Positions 1 through 12,500 are shown, counted from the first letter of the whole stretch. The stretch is DNA of 63,997 nucleotides, filler included, from Salisapilia sapeloensis CBS 127946 (GCA_023334545.1; 12 parts of 12 records of this genome joined end to end with filler, not necessarily neighbours in it), one strand, 5' to 3'. The notes: generated by a model from the letters alone, not told the origin. Made by a program: numbers and translations.

Positions 1-171
1 CAGACATAGACTACCGAATGAATTCTTCATCTTGGGGAGAGTATCTTTGCCACGCCAGAAGAGCCTACTGGATTTATTCTAATAGCGCACCAACGAGTTG
101 GATTTAAATAGATGGACTCTTTGTCGCAAAATATCAATTGCATGTAGGCTGGAGTTCGAAGGTTTTAAGAG
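1..171 (+). repeat. Left arm of a contig-terminal inverted repeat (pairs with 9681-9851)
   Basis: 1-171 is the reverse complement of 9681-9851. The two are identical for 141 bp, differ at position 142 (A vs G), then match to 171. Confidence 0.95.
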
Positions 172-1046
172 TGCATGGAAATGGTGCAGACTACCGAGAA
201 GCTATATTGTACGAAGGACCGGACTTGGGTGTAGATTTTAGCCCGTGCTCGTTGAAAGCGTAATCGAGCAGTATACTAAGCATAATGAGCATTATGATAG
301 TAAAAACGTAAAATGTACCCGATACTATTCCTCTTGAATTGGACTTTTCATAACCGGCAAAGAAGACAGACTTGGGTCGAGACACTTTCGCTTCTAGGTT
401 TCCGTATTCTTGAAAGCCGCTCCTAGCTGCAGAATTTCCACGTTGATCATTTTGCAATGAACAGGGAAATTTCATACAACAATGAGGCACCAATGGTGGG
501 TTGAATCAAGTTTATGAAGTGGTATCACCATTGGCAGCATCCATCACGTGCTTTTATAATTGGGGTATTAAGAAAAGGCTATGCTGATCTGGTCTGAAAA
601 CATTTCCATGACTTGTAGTTAAGCCAAATTGGCAATTCTCAACGGGTATGGAGTTAGTCGTTTCAGAGTATCATCAGCACTATTCGCGAGACTAAACTCC
701 GATTGGATCGATTACCGACTCAAAGCGAATATGGCATGAGGCATATTTGATGCAAAATTCATTACCAAGTACTTACCCGTACTAGTCCAACGAACCTCGG
801 ACGAGCCCAAAAATGTACAAGAGATAAATTTGATTCTGTGTTATACTGCGGAGGCACTAACGAGTTATCCAAATGAACAGGCTTGACTTAATTGTAAGCT
901 CGTAAACTCCTAGCACGGGTATATTTAATAAGCAATTATAAGTTGTGCTAGAGGCTGGTCATAGAGCAAGTAAACTGCATGTGGTGTCAAGTACGTAAAA
1001 GATTGTGCCACCCTGGTAATAGCTCCGTTCGCATACATTGCAAGTA

Positions 1047-3227
1047 TCAGTTTTCCAGGCGTTTTGCTAGTCTTCGGCACCGACAGCCGTCCATCTTCTT
1101 TGCTATTATCGGTACTCTAACTTCATCTGACTTCCAGCTTGTAGAACTGTCCACTTCAGCAAGTCCTCTGGTTACATCTCTTTGATCTTCCTCTGGTCGG
1201 TAGAAATATATTTCTTCATTGAGTCCAAAGCGGGTGGAATGGCTCGAGTGGTGAAGCCATCCAATTTCCATCAAGCTATTACCCACACGAATTGCCTCTG
1301 CTTTCGTACTAGCGACTTCAGTAAACTGAAGTAGCTCCACGAGACCAGTCCCAGTAATTTCACATTGGGGCAGCCATACATATTGCCCATCTTTGCGTCC
1401 TAGAACCTTCATATCCGTACAAAGTTTCTCAATCACCACCTGTAAAATGTCCATCCGAAAGTTTTCCAACTCTTCTACCACTTGCGATGCAGTCGGGCGT
1501 AAGCTGGGCTCAGTCTGCCATGCACTTCCAATCAACGCAGCTAACTTCGTATTCACGCCTTGCAGACTTGGACGCACACCATTCTGAATGCTTTCATACA
1601 TATAGTAGATATTTCCGCCTGCCATGGGAAATTTATCTTGCGCCGGGTGCAGGATCTCCCAAAAGGTCATCGCTAACGAAAAGATGTCTGCTTTCTCCGC
1701 GTAAGAAGTCATACCACTTTGCGCAGAGAAGACTTCAGGGGCCATGAAGCCAACAGTTCCGGTCATCGTCATCATTGCAGGTTCGTGCTCCTCGTTAGAT
1801 GACTCCGGGTCGATACCAATATCACCGCTTGCGTTTCGCTTGAGGATACGCGAATGCCCAAAGTCAGTTAACTTCAAGTTGCCTTCTTCGTCCAGAACGT
1901 AGTTGGCAGGTTTGATATCTCTGTGAATGAACGGAGGTGAGAAACGATGGAGGAAAACTATCGAACGTGTTGCGTCGATCATGTAATTCACATCCACAAG
2001 CACCTGCATGCACTTTGGTGAACGGTATCTAGCTGCCGATGCCAACAATATGTCTTCCAGGCTGGATTGACAGCGCTCCATCACAAGACAAACTGTTGGT
2101 GGACAGATACACAACCCACGGAAACCGACTATATTCGGATGAACAAGTAATGAGCAAAGAGACGCTTCACATGAAAAGTGATGCAGGATATGCTCATTCA
2201 AGGTCTGCGGTGTATACACCTTTACAGCGACCGGACCTTTCCCTTGGAAAGTGGCATCGTATACTTGAGAGTGACCGCCTGAAGCAATACGGTTGTGAAT
2301 TTTGAGACGAGTAAAGTCGATTGCAAAGAAACGATGGGTTTCCAGTACTTCATGCACACATTGGGCAGCAACGTATTCGTCCAGCAAACGACTCGTCCGT
2401 TCGGGTAAATGAGAGTCGCCGGACTTATCGATGACACCACGCCAATAGTCCGTGTCTGCACGAAGCACATACCAAATGAGGATTGGGCATAGTACAGTCC
2501 ATGCGACAGTCAGAATGGCAAATACACTCCGAGCACTACTCAAGTGGACTCGAGCAGCGCATTGGTTAAGAAGAAGTAAGGCGTGGTAGACGAGCGCGAA
2601 GGCACAGTAGATGCGAATGATTTTGTAATTCGCTCTACCGGGAGGTCGAACAAAGACGTATAAGAAGAAGAGGAGAATCAGTCGGCGAATGACCATGCGA
2701 GAAACAAAGTACTCGTCGCTTGTTTCATCCACGGTAGCAACCAAAATAGCAATGACGGGAATTGTCCACGAGCTTATTCCCAATGTGATTAAGGATGCTC
2801 GAAACAATGCCTTTTTGCATAGATTTGTTTGGAACAGGAAGACGATTGGCAAACACAGCACGAATTGACGCCCACTAAAGAAGGTTTCACTTGCGACCTG
2901 CGAGAGCGAAATGAATTCTGCTTGTGCAATTAGGATGATTAACGTGAGTGTCATTGCGCCAGTGACGATGCCAAGCAGACATAGAAGAGGTTCGAACGCT
3001 GGCAAAATAACTTTGCGAGCCGCATCGCTCACTCCTCCGTAGGCACGCTGCCGATTCCAATGAAGGTAGCCGATAAGCAAAATGCAAGCGAGTAACATGA
3101 AGGAATAGCCCATCATCAGGATCCATAACGGCAGTTGTAAGGATGTCTTGAATACAGGGTCCTGCAGCTCAGACTCAGAGTAGGATTGGTCATCCGGGTT
3201 TGCAACCTCCGGATTGTCAATGTTCAT
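1047..3227 (-). CDS. Multi-pass (about 7 TM) receptor fused to a TKL protein kinase and a C-terminal DEP-like domain (oomycete GPCR-TKL type)
   Basis: About 7 hydrophobic helices in the N-terminal ~255 aa. Kinase motifs are VAVK, IHRDIKPAN, DFG and GTVGFMAPE. The tail GTGLVELL..TKAEAIRVGNSLMEIGWLHH..F...IYFY matches the DEP pattern. The exact 3' end could involve an unseen intron. Confidence 0.85.
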   Translation of the reverse strand: MNIDNPEVANPDDQSYSESELQDPVFKTSLQLPLWILMMGYSFMLLACILLIGYLHWNRQRAYGGVSDAARKVILPAFEPLLCLLGIVTGAMTLTLIILIAQAEFISLSQVASETFFSGRQFVLCLPIVFLFQTNLCKKALFRASLITLGISSWTIPVIAILVATVDETSDEYFVSRMVIRRLILLFFLYVFVRPPGRANYKIIRIYCAFALVYHALLLLNQCAARVHLSSARSVFAILTVAWTVLCPILIWYVLRADTDYWRGVIDKSGDSHLPERTSRLLDEYVAAQCVHEVLETHRFFAIDFTRLKIHNRIASGGHSQVYDATFQGKGPVAVKVYTPQTLNEHILHHFSCEASLCSLLVHPNIVGFRGLCICPPTVCLVMERCQSSLEDILLASAARYRSPKCMQVLVDVNYMIDATRSIVFLHRFSPPFIHRDIKPANYVLDEEGNLKLTDFGHSRILKRNASGDIGIDPESSNEEHEPAMMTMTGTVGFMAPEVFSAQSGMTSYAEKADIFSLAMTFWEILHPAQDKFPMAGGNIYYMYESIQNGVRPSLQGVNTKLAALIGSAWQTEPSLRPTASQVVEELENFRMDILQVVIEKLCTDMKVLGRKDGQYVWLPQCEITGTGLVELLQFTEVASTKAEAIRVGNSLMEIGWLHHSSHSTRFGLNEEIYFYRPEEDQRDVTRGLAEVDSSTSWKSDEVRVPIIAKKMDGCRCRRLAKRLEN

Positions 3228-4551
3228 CTTGGTTACTAGAGGACTTGCTATCTGGTTTGAGAATGAGCTACTTTGTGGTGATGATTATTCTACGGAAAAA
3301 AGCGTTCTTATGCTACTTCATGTAATGATCAGGATGGAGTACGACAAAGAGCTTACATCTAAAGAATTTAGATGCAGGTAGAGACGTAATGACAAAACAA
3401 GCGTATTGGTCAGGCCGCAAATTGCGCTGTGAGCGCCAGGAAGAGAAAGACCCAGGGGGCCAAAACTGTCCCTTAGTCGTATATTACATTTACCTTACTT
3501 CAATGCCAGCTAGAGTGTTCGTAGACCCGTACATTCCCATAATATCTTGGGTCTTATACTTAAAAGTGTTGTAGTCGATAAATCGCTTAGTCTGCGCACT
3601 TTACAGTCATTTACATTAAGACTCTGGAATGCTCCTTTAACTAGCCCAGATACATTCGGTGAAAACGAGTCGGACGGAGTTGGAAATGCATCATTTATTA
3701 GTACGCTCTTGTCGTTTATTCGGGATGAGTTTGTACATTTATGGAAAAGCACGGAAGCAACCGTATGTGAATCTATTTTCACGGTTAGATAGGGTCACTT
3801 CAATCCTACATTTCTTTTAAAGTTTGTTCTTGTAAATGACATTGCTCATCTCCAACTACACCAGGTTTCCGTAGTGTACTCGGAACGTTAAGCGATTGTT
3901 TCAGATCGCTTTGAATGCTCGATACGACTACCTTTCTCGCATTTACCTTAACGAGCAGAGTTCCCTCTATCCCGTGAGTTCGCAAGGCATGCAAATAGTC
4001 AACAAAACCAAAATGGGTTTGTCTATCGAAACCAAGGAATAAGAATTATCTTCCATACTATTTTTTGTACGCATCGTTATCTGCAGCGATCGAGCGCCTT
4101 CAGATAGCACAGTCCATTGAATGTCCAACGCATGTCGTGAGACAGAAGGCTGAAGATATGAAAAAAGTTCCGTGAGACTGTAAAATATTGGACAATGGAG
4201 TCGAACGGGGAGAGATTGGATCGAATCGATTTCTCCACGCGCTGTGCTCCAATCGTATTTTTATCCTCACCCTCCCAACAAGGCTTCCAGCCGGGCTCCA
4301 AAGTAGTCGCATGCTGATTCAAACGTACGAAGAGAGCCTTTTCATCCAGCTGTCACCGTAATTAATTAATTTGTATAGTTGATTAAAAATCAGAGCACCA
4401 ATCTTTTGAGGTTGACTAGCTTCCGAAGATTCCCTTCCTTACACCTCTCGGCACCTACCGAATCTGACAACAGCTGTCGGCCTCGGGGTCCATTGAAAGT
4501 ATCATTTGGTAACTTCATCTTATTCGCCACGACCTCCAACGACAAGTGACT

Positions 4552-6108
4552 ATGTCTTCCGCCTCGTCTATTATGTGCCAAACGGGCATCGCCGACTGTG
4601 CTATCGACTCTTCTGGAGTCTGTGCCGACTATGATGGTGCGTACGCAGATCTGCTTGGAGTCGACTGGCTCGTCGTCCTCGCCTTCCTCATCATGGTGCT
4701 GATGTCTTTTTACATTGGTGCCAATGACGTCGCGAATGCGTGGGGTACGAGTGTCGGATCCGAAGCTATCAGCGTCCGATGGGCATGTATCATTGCCGGT
4801 ATCATGACATGGCTCGGTGCCGTCACTTTAGGCTACGGCGTCTCTACCAAGATCCAGAGCGGTGTCTCGGACCTGGACGATCCAGAATGCTGGGCCTGCG
4901 GATACTGCGATTCGCAGGTCAGCGTCTTCGGCATCGCCATGTTCGGAGCTCTATGCGGGGCCGCTGTCTTCCTCATGCTCGCAACATTTACCCGTCTCCC
5001 AGTCTCTACTACCCACGCCATCGTCGGCGGAGTTGTCGGCTCTACGATATGGGGTGTTGGAGGAGGTTGCCTCAACTGGGCCTTCGACGACGGTCTCAGT
5101 GGTATCGTTGCATCCTGGGTGATCTCGCCCCTCCTCTCGGGCGTCATCGGTGTTATCATCTACTACATTACGGACCTAGCCATCTTCCGTACGAAGACTC
5201 CTGACCGAAACGCTATGATCGCAGTCCCGGTGCTATACGGTTTTGTCGGATTCATTCTACTCTTCATGATTCTGCTCAAGTCATCCCACACCAAGAGCTG
5301 GCACAAGGGATATATGGTCGCAGTTTCCGCCGCCCTCATGGTAGCGATCGGTGTTGTCGCCCAGCTGTTCCTCGTGCCGTTCATTCGAGTGCGCTTGCCT
5401 TCCAAGGTCGGCATGCTGGAAGCTGAAGATGAAAACAACTCACACAAACTCATGTGCTCACCTTCCGATAACAACGCTGACCATGGCGATGGCGCTGGAA
5501 TTCACGGGTACGACCGACTGTCGGTGGCTGCAAGCGTCGTGAGTGAGACAGAAGAGCAGTTTCGAGCGGAGGAAGCGTCCCGGTCGGTCGAAGAGAAGGA
5601 TGCTCTCTTCACGTTCCGATACCTCATTATTCTCGTGGCTGCTCTCGAGTCATACGCCCACGGAACAAACGACACAGCGAATGCCACAAGCGCTCTCTCT
5701 GCAGTCTACAACGTCTACGATCACGGACGAGACTCGTGTGACCCCAAGCCAACACCGGTGTGGATCATGGCCATCGCTGGCTTCATGGTCTTTGTTGGTA
5801 TCAACGTGCAAGGCCACCGCGTCATGAGCACCATCGGCCGTCGGATCGCTATCGTGAACATGCACCGCGGTTTTTGTATGGAACTCGCTTCAACCGTCAC
5901 GGTTATCATCGCATCGCTGCTCTCCATCCCAGTGTCCACCACCCACTGTCAAGTCGGTGCTGTCATTTTCGTGAGCATGGCTGCACTCGGACCAAAGAAC
6001 GTGTCTTTTGGCATGGCTGGCAAGATCGTCGCAGCATGGGTGTTCACCCTTCCATTGGCTGGTGCCGTCGCTGCCGCCTTCAGTGCTCTTTTCAAGCTTG
6101 CTATCTAG
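4552..6108 (+). CDS. Inorganic phosphate transporter, PiT/PHO4 (SLC20) family
   Basis: Signature motifs GANDVAN and HGTNDTAN, two PVSTTH motifs and many TM helices. First ATG is at 4552 (the ORF track start at 4546 is GTG). Confidence 0.95.
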   Translation: MSSASSIMCQTGIADCAIDSSGVCADYDGAYADLLGVDWLVVLAFLIMVLMSFYIGANDVANAWGTSVGSEAISVRWACIIAGIMTWLGAVTLGYGVSTKIQSGVSDLDDPECWACGYCDSQVSVFGIAMFGALCGAAVFLMLATFTRLPVSTTHAIVGGVVGSTIWGVGGGCLNWAFDDGLSGIVASWVISPLLSGVIGVIIYYITDLAIFRTKTPDRNAMIAVPVLYGFVGFILLFMILLKSSHTKSWHKGYMVAVSAALMVAIGVVAQLFLVPFIRVRLPSKVGMLEAEDENNSHKLMCSPSDNNADHGDGAGIHGYDRLSVAASVVSETEEQFRAEEASRSVEEKDALFTFRYLIILVAALESYAHGTNDTANATSALSAVYNVYDHGRDSCDPKPTPVWIMAIAGFMVFVGINVQGHRVMSTIGRRIAIVNMHRGFCMELASTVTVIIASLLSIPVSTTHCQVGAVIFVSMAALGPKNVSFGMAGKIVAAWVFTLPLAGAVAAAFSALFKLAI

Positions 6109-6514
6109 GCATGCCAGCAGACTCATTAGACGGACACACAGTAAAATATAAAGCATACGTGAGTACACAAACCCAGCAGCCTTAGGTCAATTTGTTCTCT
6201 TACTTAGAGTGGAAACTTGGACAGATCGCTTTATCCCATTTGTGTTCAAACGGATTCGTCATGTTGAGCATGATTAGCGAAAGTCTTCTTACGACCATTA
6301 AGCTAAAAAATTCTTCTTGCTTTTAATCCAAAACTAGGAGGAGCGGAATGAACATTCGTTTTAAGCAACAAGTTTGGATGTCTAAGAATTTCAGCATACT
6401 GCAGTCGATGAAGATGTCCGCTTCCCTATAATTAGATGCAGTCGACGCCCTATTAAGGAAGATAGTAGTTTTACATTGACCGTGGCAAAGGATACAAGGA
6501 GAATCAAAGTCACA

Positions 6515-8933
6515 ATGGACAAGAGCTCAAATGAAGAAAAAGGAGGGAGTAAAGTCACACCACAGGGATCCAAATTGTCAGAGTTGGTTGCAGTAAGTGG
6601 ACAAGTCATGCCAAATGTTTCTTTCTTTACCACCTTTGGTACATACGGGATTGCATTGGCTGCTGTCTTACCTATCGTTATTCTTTGGACAATGTGGCTC
6701 ATAGCCCTAGCGGTAGCTCCGGAGTATGTGATGAACTCTTTGACTGGCACTGCTGTGTACGACGAAGGCGAGTTTTGGCCCATCGTCGGCCAACCCTTGG
6801 AGCTGGCAATCCTCACAACGATTGGCTTCGCTTTCTCGCTCTTATTCTATTTATATACGCTCTTCCTTTTGGCTCGACGAAAGCCATTGCAGATCTTTCT
6901 AAAGGTAGTTGATAGCCTTGTGAAGCTGTGCAGGCTGGAGCGGGACTCGTCTTCTGTTGCTCCAATTGATCACAACTCATCGAACACATACAAAATTATT
7001 CAAAATTGGAAGGCTCTGACGGGCTACAATGGTGAGTATCGTCGAATTTGGGTAAGTCAAAGCATATTATTTAAACCTTGATACTCATCTAAACTCGCAT
7101 GCGGACAGAATTTTATGCTCAAATTAATAGACATTGCATTGGGCTATATGTCGCTACTCCAAATGCGGGAAAATGGAGCTTATGAAGAAATCATTTATGC
7201 TTGTAGCACTCTGGTTGCTGCAAATTGTATGAGCTATGCCTTGGTCATCTTGTATAGTAGATACCATAGTACAATCACAGAGGCAATCATTGATGCACTC
7301 TTCGACATGATGATGGCAGTCGGCATTCCCCTCGCCAACTTGCTACTTTGCCACACAAGGCTTGAACTGGATCATGACTTGCTGACTTTGGGAGTGAATA
7401 CGCTTCCAGCAGGAACGTTCGAACGCGTTGCCCGCCTTCGAGCCAATCCGATCCAAATAGCTCAGTTTGTTCTCAGCTTTAACTCGCTGCGAATTCTATC
7501 GCTGTACGACGGCTTCATTAAAATCTCTTTGAACCTATCTTTCTCGTATCGCATTAAGCGTCTGGCAGAACTTCTAATCGAGCGAGTAGCATCACGGGAG
7601 AAGCAGCAAACGAAGATGAGTGAGGACCAGAGAAGAATACCTCGCCCTGTTTCCATGTTTTTTATCTGCTTCGCAATGTTGCTCCCATACCTCTCACATA
7701 ACTCAATTTTGGCTTCTAAATCACTTTGCGCGGAGTATCCAGAGTGTGCTGTTTACGCTTATCCGTGGTTCAGCAGAAATTCCTGTCCCTGCACTGCTCT
7801 AGTTGATGTCGTCAATCCCCCGACGTATGATCAGTGGGTAGAGCAAGAGGACGTCACTGAGACTGTCCGCCAATTGTCTAAGGCTGGGTTTCTCCAGATA
7901 CTATTTCTAGTCAACCGTGGACTCGAAGAACTTCCTCGGGAATTGGAGAGTTGCCGAGATCTCCATCAATTGTCAGTTTGTCGCTTGTATCATATGCTTC
8001 ATGCGCATCTTCTTGATCCGACTAATATGTGATGGCTGCAGATATCTCTTATACACAAATCTGAGGGACATTCCAGATTGGGCTGGTGTCTTTACCAACC
8101 TAAACGCCATGTTCGTCTCACTCTTTTATATTCATAGATGATTTACTCTCTGGGGAAATTCTAAGAAGTTTTACATGACTAGACACTTGGAGGGCAGAGT
8201 GGATCAGGTGAGCCTAGTCCGGATAGCAGATAACTTCTTTGATGATATGGCATCGCTCACTTACGTCCACATCGGGATCCAACCAATGCTCATGAAGCTT
8301 CCTCGCTTAGATGGTCTGGTCAATCTTCAAAGACTCGAATTGTCTGACATCGATAACGTCGAGTATTTGCCGTCGATGGAAACGCTCGAAGAACTCGAGG
8401 TTCTCTCGCTTGTCGGGATGGATAGACTTCAGCATCTCCCTCAGCTCACCTCAAACGTTGCTCTTCGGCACTTATCTATCTTCATGCCGACGCCTCTTTG
8501 CTGCAACGGTTATATGTCTGAATGCGATCTCACTCATCCATATTGTGCCGGCAATCGCCAGTTGGGATATGCTCCAACGAGCTGCTTGGATGAATCGTTA
8601 AAAGCAACAAATGCGACGATGGAGGTACTAAACAATCATGCTGGAAATATATGCGGAACATACATGGGAACCAAGTGGACTCTACCGATCACGCAAGAGG
8701 AAAGATTTGCACGTCAGTGTGAAGGCAAGCTTTACCGCGAGTGCAGCTACCACACTGTTGTTGGGAACGAGACAAAAACATTTTATGGAATGTGTTTAAA
8801 CACTCGGATGATGGTGGTTGCGTGCACCTCCACCCCATACCTCATCAATTATCGAAAAGCTCAAATAGCGACTGGAGTCGGAGACGCTTGCGACCCTGTG
8901 GAAGAAGCGTGGCTTGGATGTTCAGCTGGATAG
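6515..8933 (+). CDS. Oomycete multi-pass membrane protein with LRRs and a Cys-rich C-terminus ending in ...EEAWLGC (3 introns)
   Basis: Three ORFs join in frame through GT-AG introns at 7052-7108, 7972-8041 and 8111-8182. The product has TM helices, LRR-like LxxLxLxx segments, and ends CDPVEEAWLGC. Confidence 0.8.
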
Positions 8934-9680
8934 AGCACCAGTGCGTGGGTACGTGGGAACTTAATACCACGACGTGTTTTAAAATGCATCACACCACTGC
9001 ACCTTAGTTACCAGGGAGGTAGACCATCAACTTGGTGACGTATCAAATTTCCACATGCAAGTTCGGTCTTTCACCTACAATAATCTTCTAACATTCTGCG
9101 ACCTGGATTTACCTAAATGCGGGATTAAAACAATGACTAATGCATCATTGGGCTTTCCACATTTAAGCTGGTCGACAACTCCAACTATGGAGCAATGGTT
9201 TCCATGAAGACGAGATATGGTATGCTACCTCATGACTTTAAAGCTGATCTACTTGTTCGTAGCTGGTAAAACCCTGTCGGTAAGAATGATGTATCTAGGC
9301 TTCCTATTATTTATTTCTCTAATTTTTATTTAAAGGAATAATGAGTTGGTTTAAGCGAGACTACCGATAGATAATATACAAGTCAACTGTACCTTACGTT
9401 TGTACTATCGTTGACTCCCGTGGAGACTATGTTGGATCGCTAATTTTGCAGCCAAAGGCTTTCATAGATGAGATAATGGCATCTCTAAGGAGCTGAAACT
9501 TTAATAGTTCGCCGGTTACGATCTTACTAGGATTTGGATATCGAAAGTCCTTTACTCCAGAAACACTCCCAACATATCGACCAGTAGTATTAACATGCAG
9601 GCTCAATCGATACTCCCAATTCAAATTATAGTTTCTCGCTGGCATTCCAAGTGAAGGGTTTCAAAACAAGTCTACAGATG

Positions 9681-9851
9681 CTCTTAAAACCTTCGAACTC
9701 CAGCCTACACGCAATTGATATTTTGCGACAAAGAGTCCATCTATTTAAATCCAACTCGTTGGTGCGCTATTAGAATAAATCCAGTAGGCTCTTCTGGCGT
9801 GGCAAAGATACTCTCCCCAAGATGAAGAATTCATTCGGTAGTCTATGTCTG
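9681..9851 (-). repeat. Right arm of a contig-terminal inverted repeat (pairs with 1-171)
   Basis: Reverse complement of 1-171 with one mismatch; ends exactly at the spacer. Confidence 0.95.
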
Positions 9852-9951
9852 NNNNNNNNNNNNNNNNNNNNNNNNNNNNNNNNNNNNNNNNNNNNTTAAT
9901 TAATTAANNNNNNNNNNNNNNNNNNNNNNNNNNNNNNNNNNNNNNNNNNNN
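9852..9951. other. Artificial contig-joining spacer N44-TTAATTAATTAA-N44 (first of 11)
   Basis: The same 100-bp spacer, with stops in all six frames, recurs at 13188, 38829, 40397, 43228, 44683, 46832, 50235, 53866, 59506 and 62495. Confidence 0.99.
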
Positions 9952-11419
9952 CATAGCGAATACTTGCTACCGACAGTAAAGACACTCTTTTCCGAGGTAG
10001 CTGCGCCAGTAGAGATGTTTTTACCTCCCTGCCTGTGCTTTCGAAGCTTCAAGTATAAGACGCCAATGACGATCAAGAGTACAGCGACAACTAGAATGGC
10101 GATGTATACGATATAAATGCTATTGAAGCCTTCACTTTCTGACTCGGTGATGCCCATGCCACCAGATGAGCTGCTGCTCACATCGCCAAAAGTACTGCTG
10201 ATCCCATGATTGTCCGCACTGCTGTCCTTGCTGTCATGAGCAACACCAGGCCCTAAGGGAGACATGTCATCTAGACTCTCCACGATGCAAACGTAGAACG
10301 AATGCTTAACCAATTTTCGGTTGCTACATGCCGATGTGTCCACTTCATGACTCATCTTTAGCGTCTCTACGTTATCCAATACACTATAAATGGTGCTGGT
10401 CACGTTCACATTGGACAGAGGATTGTTGTAAAACTTGAATATGCTTAAGCTTTTAGCGTTTTCTAAAGCTGTAGGAAAGGATGTAAAGTTATTTTCCGCA
10501 AGATCCAGCGATCCGAGCTTTTCCGGAAGTGTTGTATCTAGTGAAGTCAAATCATTATGAGCCAAGCCCAAATCGACCAAAGTGTCTGGTATGACCGCTG
10601 TAAATGACTTCAAGCCGTTCCCAGAAAGCTTTAACATGGTTAAGTTCTTCGAACGTAATTCCACATCAAACGTACTGAAGAAATTATCCTTCATAAAGAG
10701 CATATCTAACGAGTCCATTTTTACAATGCTCTCCGGAACGTCTGATAATAAACAGTTTTGGACGGATAGAAACTCTAGCTTTGTGTCTGTCATCTTGCTA
10801 AAGTCTGGATAGGAATCGGAGAAATCAATGTTTCCGATCTGGACAGCCTTGATGCCTGGAGATTCGTTCAAAAACCCTTTTTCAAAGTTAGCCTGTGCCA
10901 CCTTTCCTCTTACGTTAAATTCTTGCTCTGACGATCCTCCTTTTTTCATTATTAGCAGTCACGTCAAAGTTAGATTTATGCTTTAAAAGTACCTTGAATA
11001 TAGACTTTGTCAATCTTTGAAGGCAATTTCAAAGGTCCAATGGTATTCACCACATCATCACTATAGTGTGGCCAGTTGCTTCTGTCATCCGTTAATGAAT
11101 CAAGCTCATCCTTCCAATTCTCGCCACCGTGCTTTTTCTCGTAGGAACTCTGGTAGTCACCATACGGGAGCAGTATAATGGTCGAGACGCGTGCGTGCGT
11201 AAATGAAGCCGAATAATTAATACCACTGCAATCAAAGTCACACTCATCGTCCTCCACTTGCCGAACGCACAGTTCGTCACTGTCACATTTGTCGGAGCAG
11301 TCTGTTGTGAGCACATTGGCCGAGTTTCCACATACGTCGCCATCCCCGCTTTGTGCTACACTTGATGAGATAAAGACTGCTAAAAGAGCAGCAAATAGTA
11401 AGAACTTCCCGTCTCCCAT
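9952..11419 (-). CDS. LRR receptor-like (probably kinase) protein, 3' truncated by the spacer
   Basis: ATG at 11419 opens a signal peptide (MGDGKFLLFAALLAVFISSSVAQ), then a Cys-rich segment. One intron joins ..YIQ to GGSSEQ. LRRs (LxxLxLxxNxLxx) follow, then a Ser/Gly stalk, a single TM helix and a basic juxtamembrane segment. The kinase domain is inferred, not seen. Confidence 0.8.
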
Positions 11420-12500
11420 TTCCGTAGCTCCAAGTAAGTCGATTGTTGGCAAATGAGAGCGTCTGAAGTGCAGGCTTGATAGGCTACTAGTCCATTTGTA
11501 CGTACTATCTATGCACCAGATGAAAGCTGATGTAGGTGAACCTGCTTATTCCGCCATCTAAAGTTGGTACCCTGTAGTACACAATTCAAGCCGTCCAAGA
11601 AACTTGACTATCTCCTTCATCGCCGGCCTCGATAATCCTGTTAGTCATGAAGTTTTACCGAGTCTGTCGGGTAATATCTCGGATATATTAAATTTTCTTA
11701 AATACTTTTGTGTTAATACTTTACACGGGAACTTCCAGCTGATACCAAATGCATCATCTGAGCCTATCCACTAAAGTAAGTTTCAGCTTTAGTAGCACGT
11801 TTGATCGTTTCAAACACGACCATTTCATCTCTTCCGACAGCGTCACCTTCGATTCCACATAGGCTCCAACGGAGCTTGCACGAGTATTTTAGTTACAGCA
11901 CTTGTTCACACAATGGCTTTATTCTCTTATAGCTTGCAAGAGTCATGTAGCTAGGCGGTTTGGAAGTCTAGATACAAACGTTGATCGTTCTTTAAAAAAA
12001 TTACCAAAGTGTCCGAATGATATGATGAAGCTCTTTACTTCATACTTGCGTCGCCTTTTTGGTTAAGGGTGGTTTTCGAGGCGCTAAAGCCATCTTTTCT
12101 ATCTAAGTATCAAGCAGCCTTGCCTATTACAATTTATCCTTGACTTTGATAAGGAGGAAGCTAGAAGCTATAAAAATAGCAGGGTTTCCATCGTCCATTT
12201 AAATGATTGCTTACGAAAAAGGTAATGGCTTTCTCATGACGGCTCGCCTACTAGATGTTCGTCAATTCTTTTTAAAACAAAGGTCCAGCATTCGATCAAG
12301 CGTGGGACATCGAACGTGACCACCGTCTCAAATAGCTTGCTCAAGTTCAACCTTCTGTCATGAACTAACCAGAGCTACGAACATAGTAAAAGCAAGGGGA
12401 ATGGACACTTCTGCCAACTTCGTTTGTCTTATTGAGAATCATGTCAACGTATGCAAATTCTGATCAAAAAGGAACCTTTTAATATCATTTCGTGATTTGC

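Noticed and set aside
3228-4545. Several 60-90 aa ORFs between the kinase and the transporter
   Set aside because: Short, mostly non-ATG starts, no motifs, and no consistent frame or splice pattern that I could establish.
9896-9907. Recurrent palindromic TTAATTAATTAA motif and ORFs ending in X...LIN or X...N
   Set aside because: This is the artificial six-frame-stop linker. ORFs running into it are truncation artefacts.
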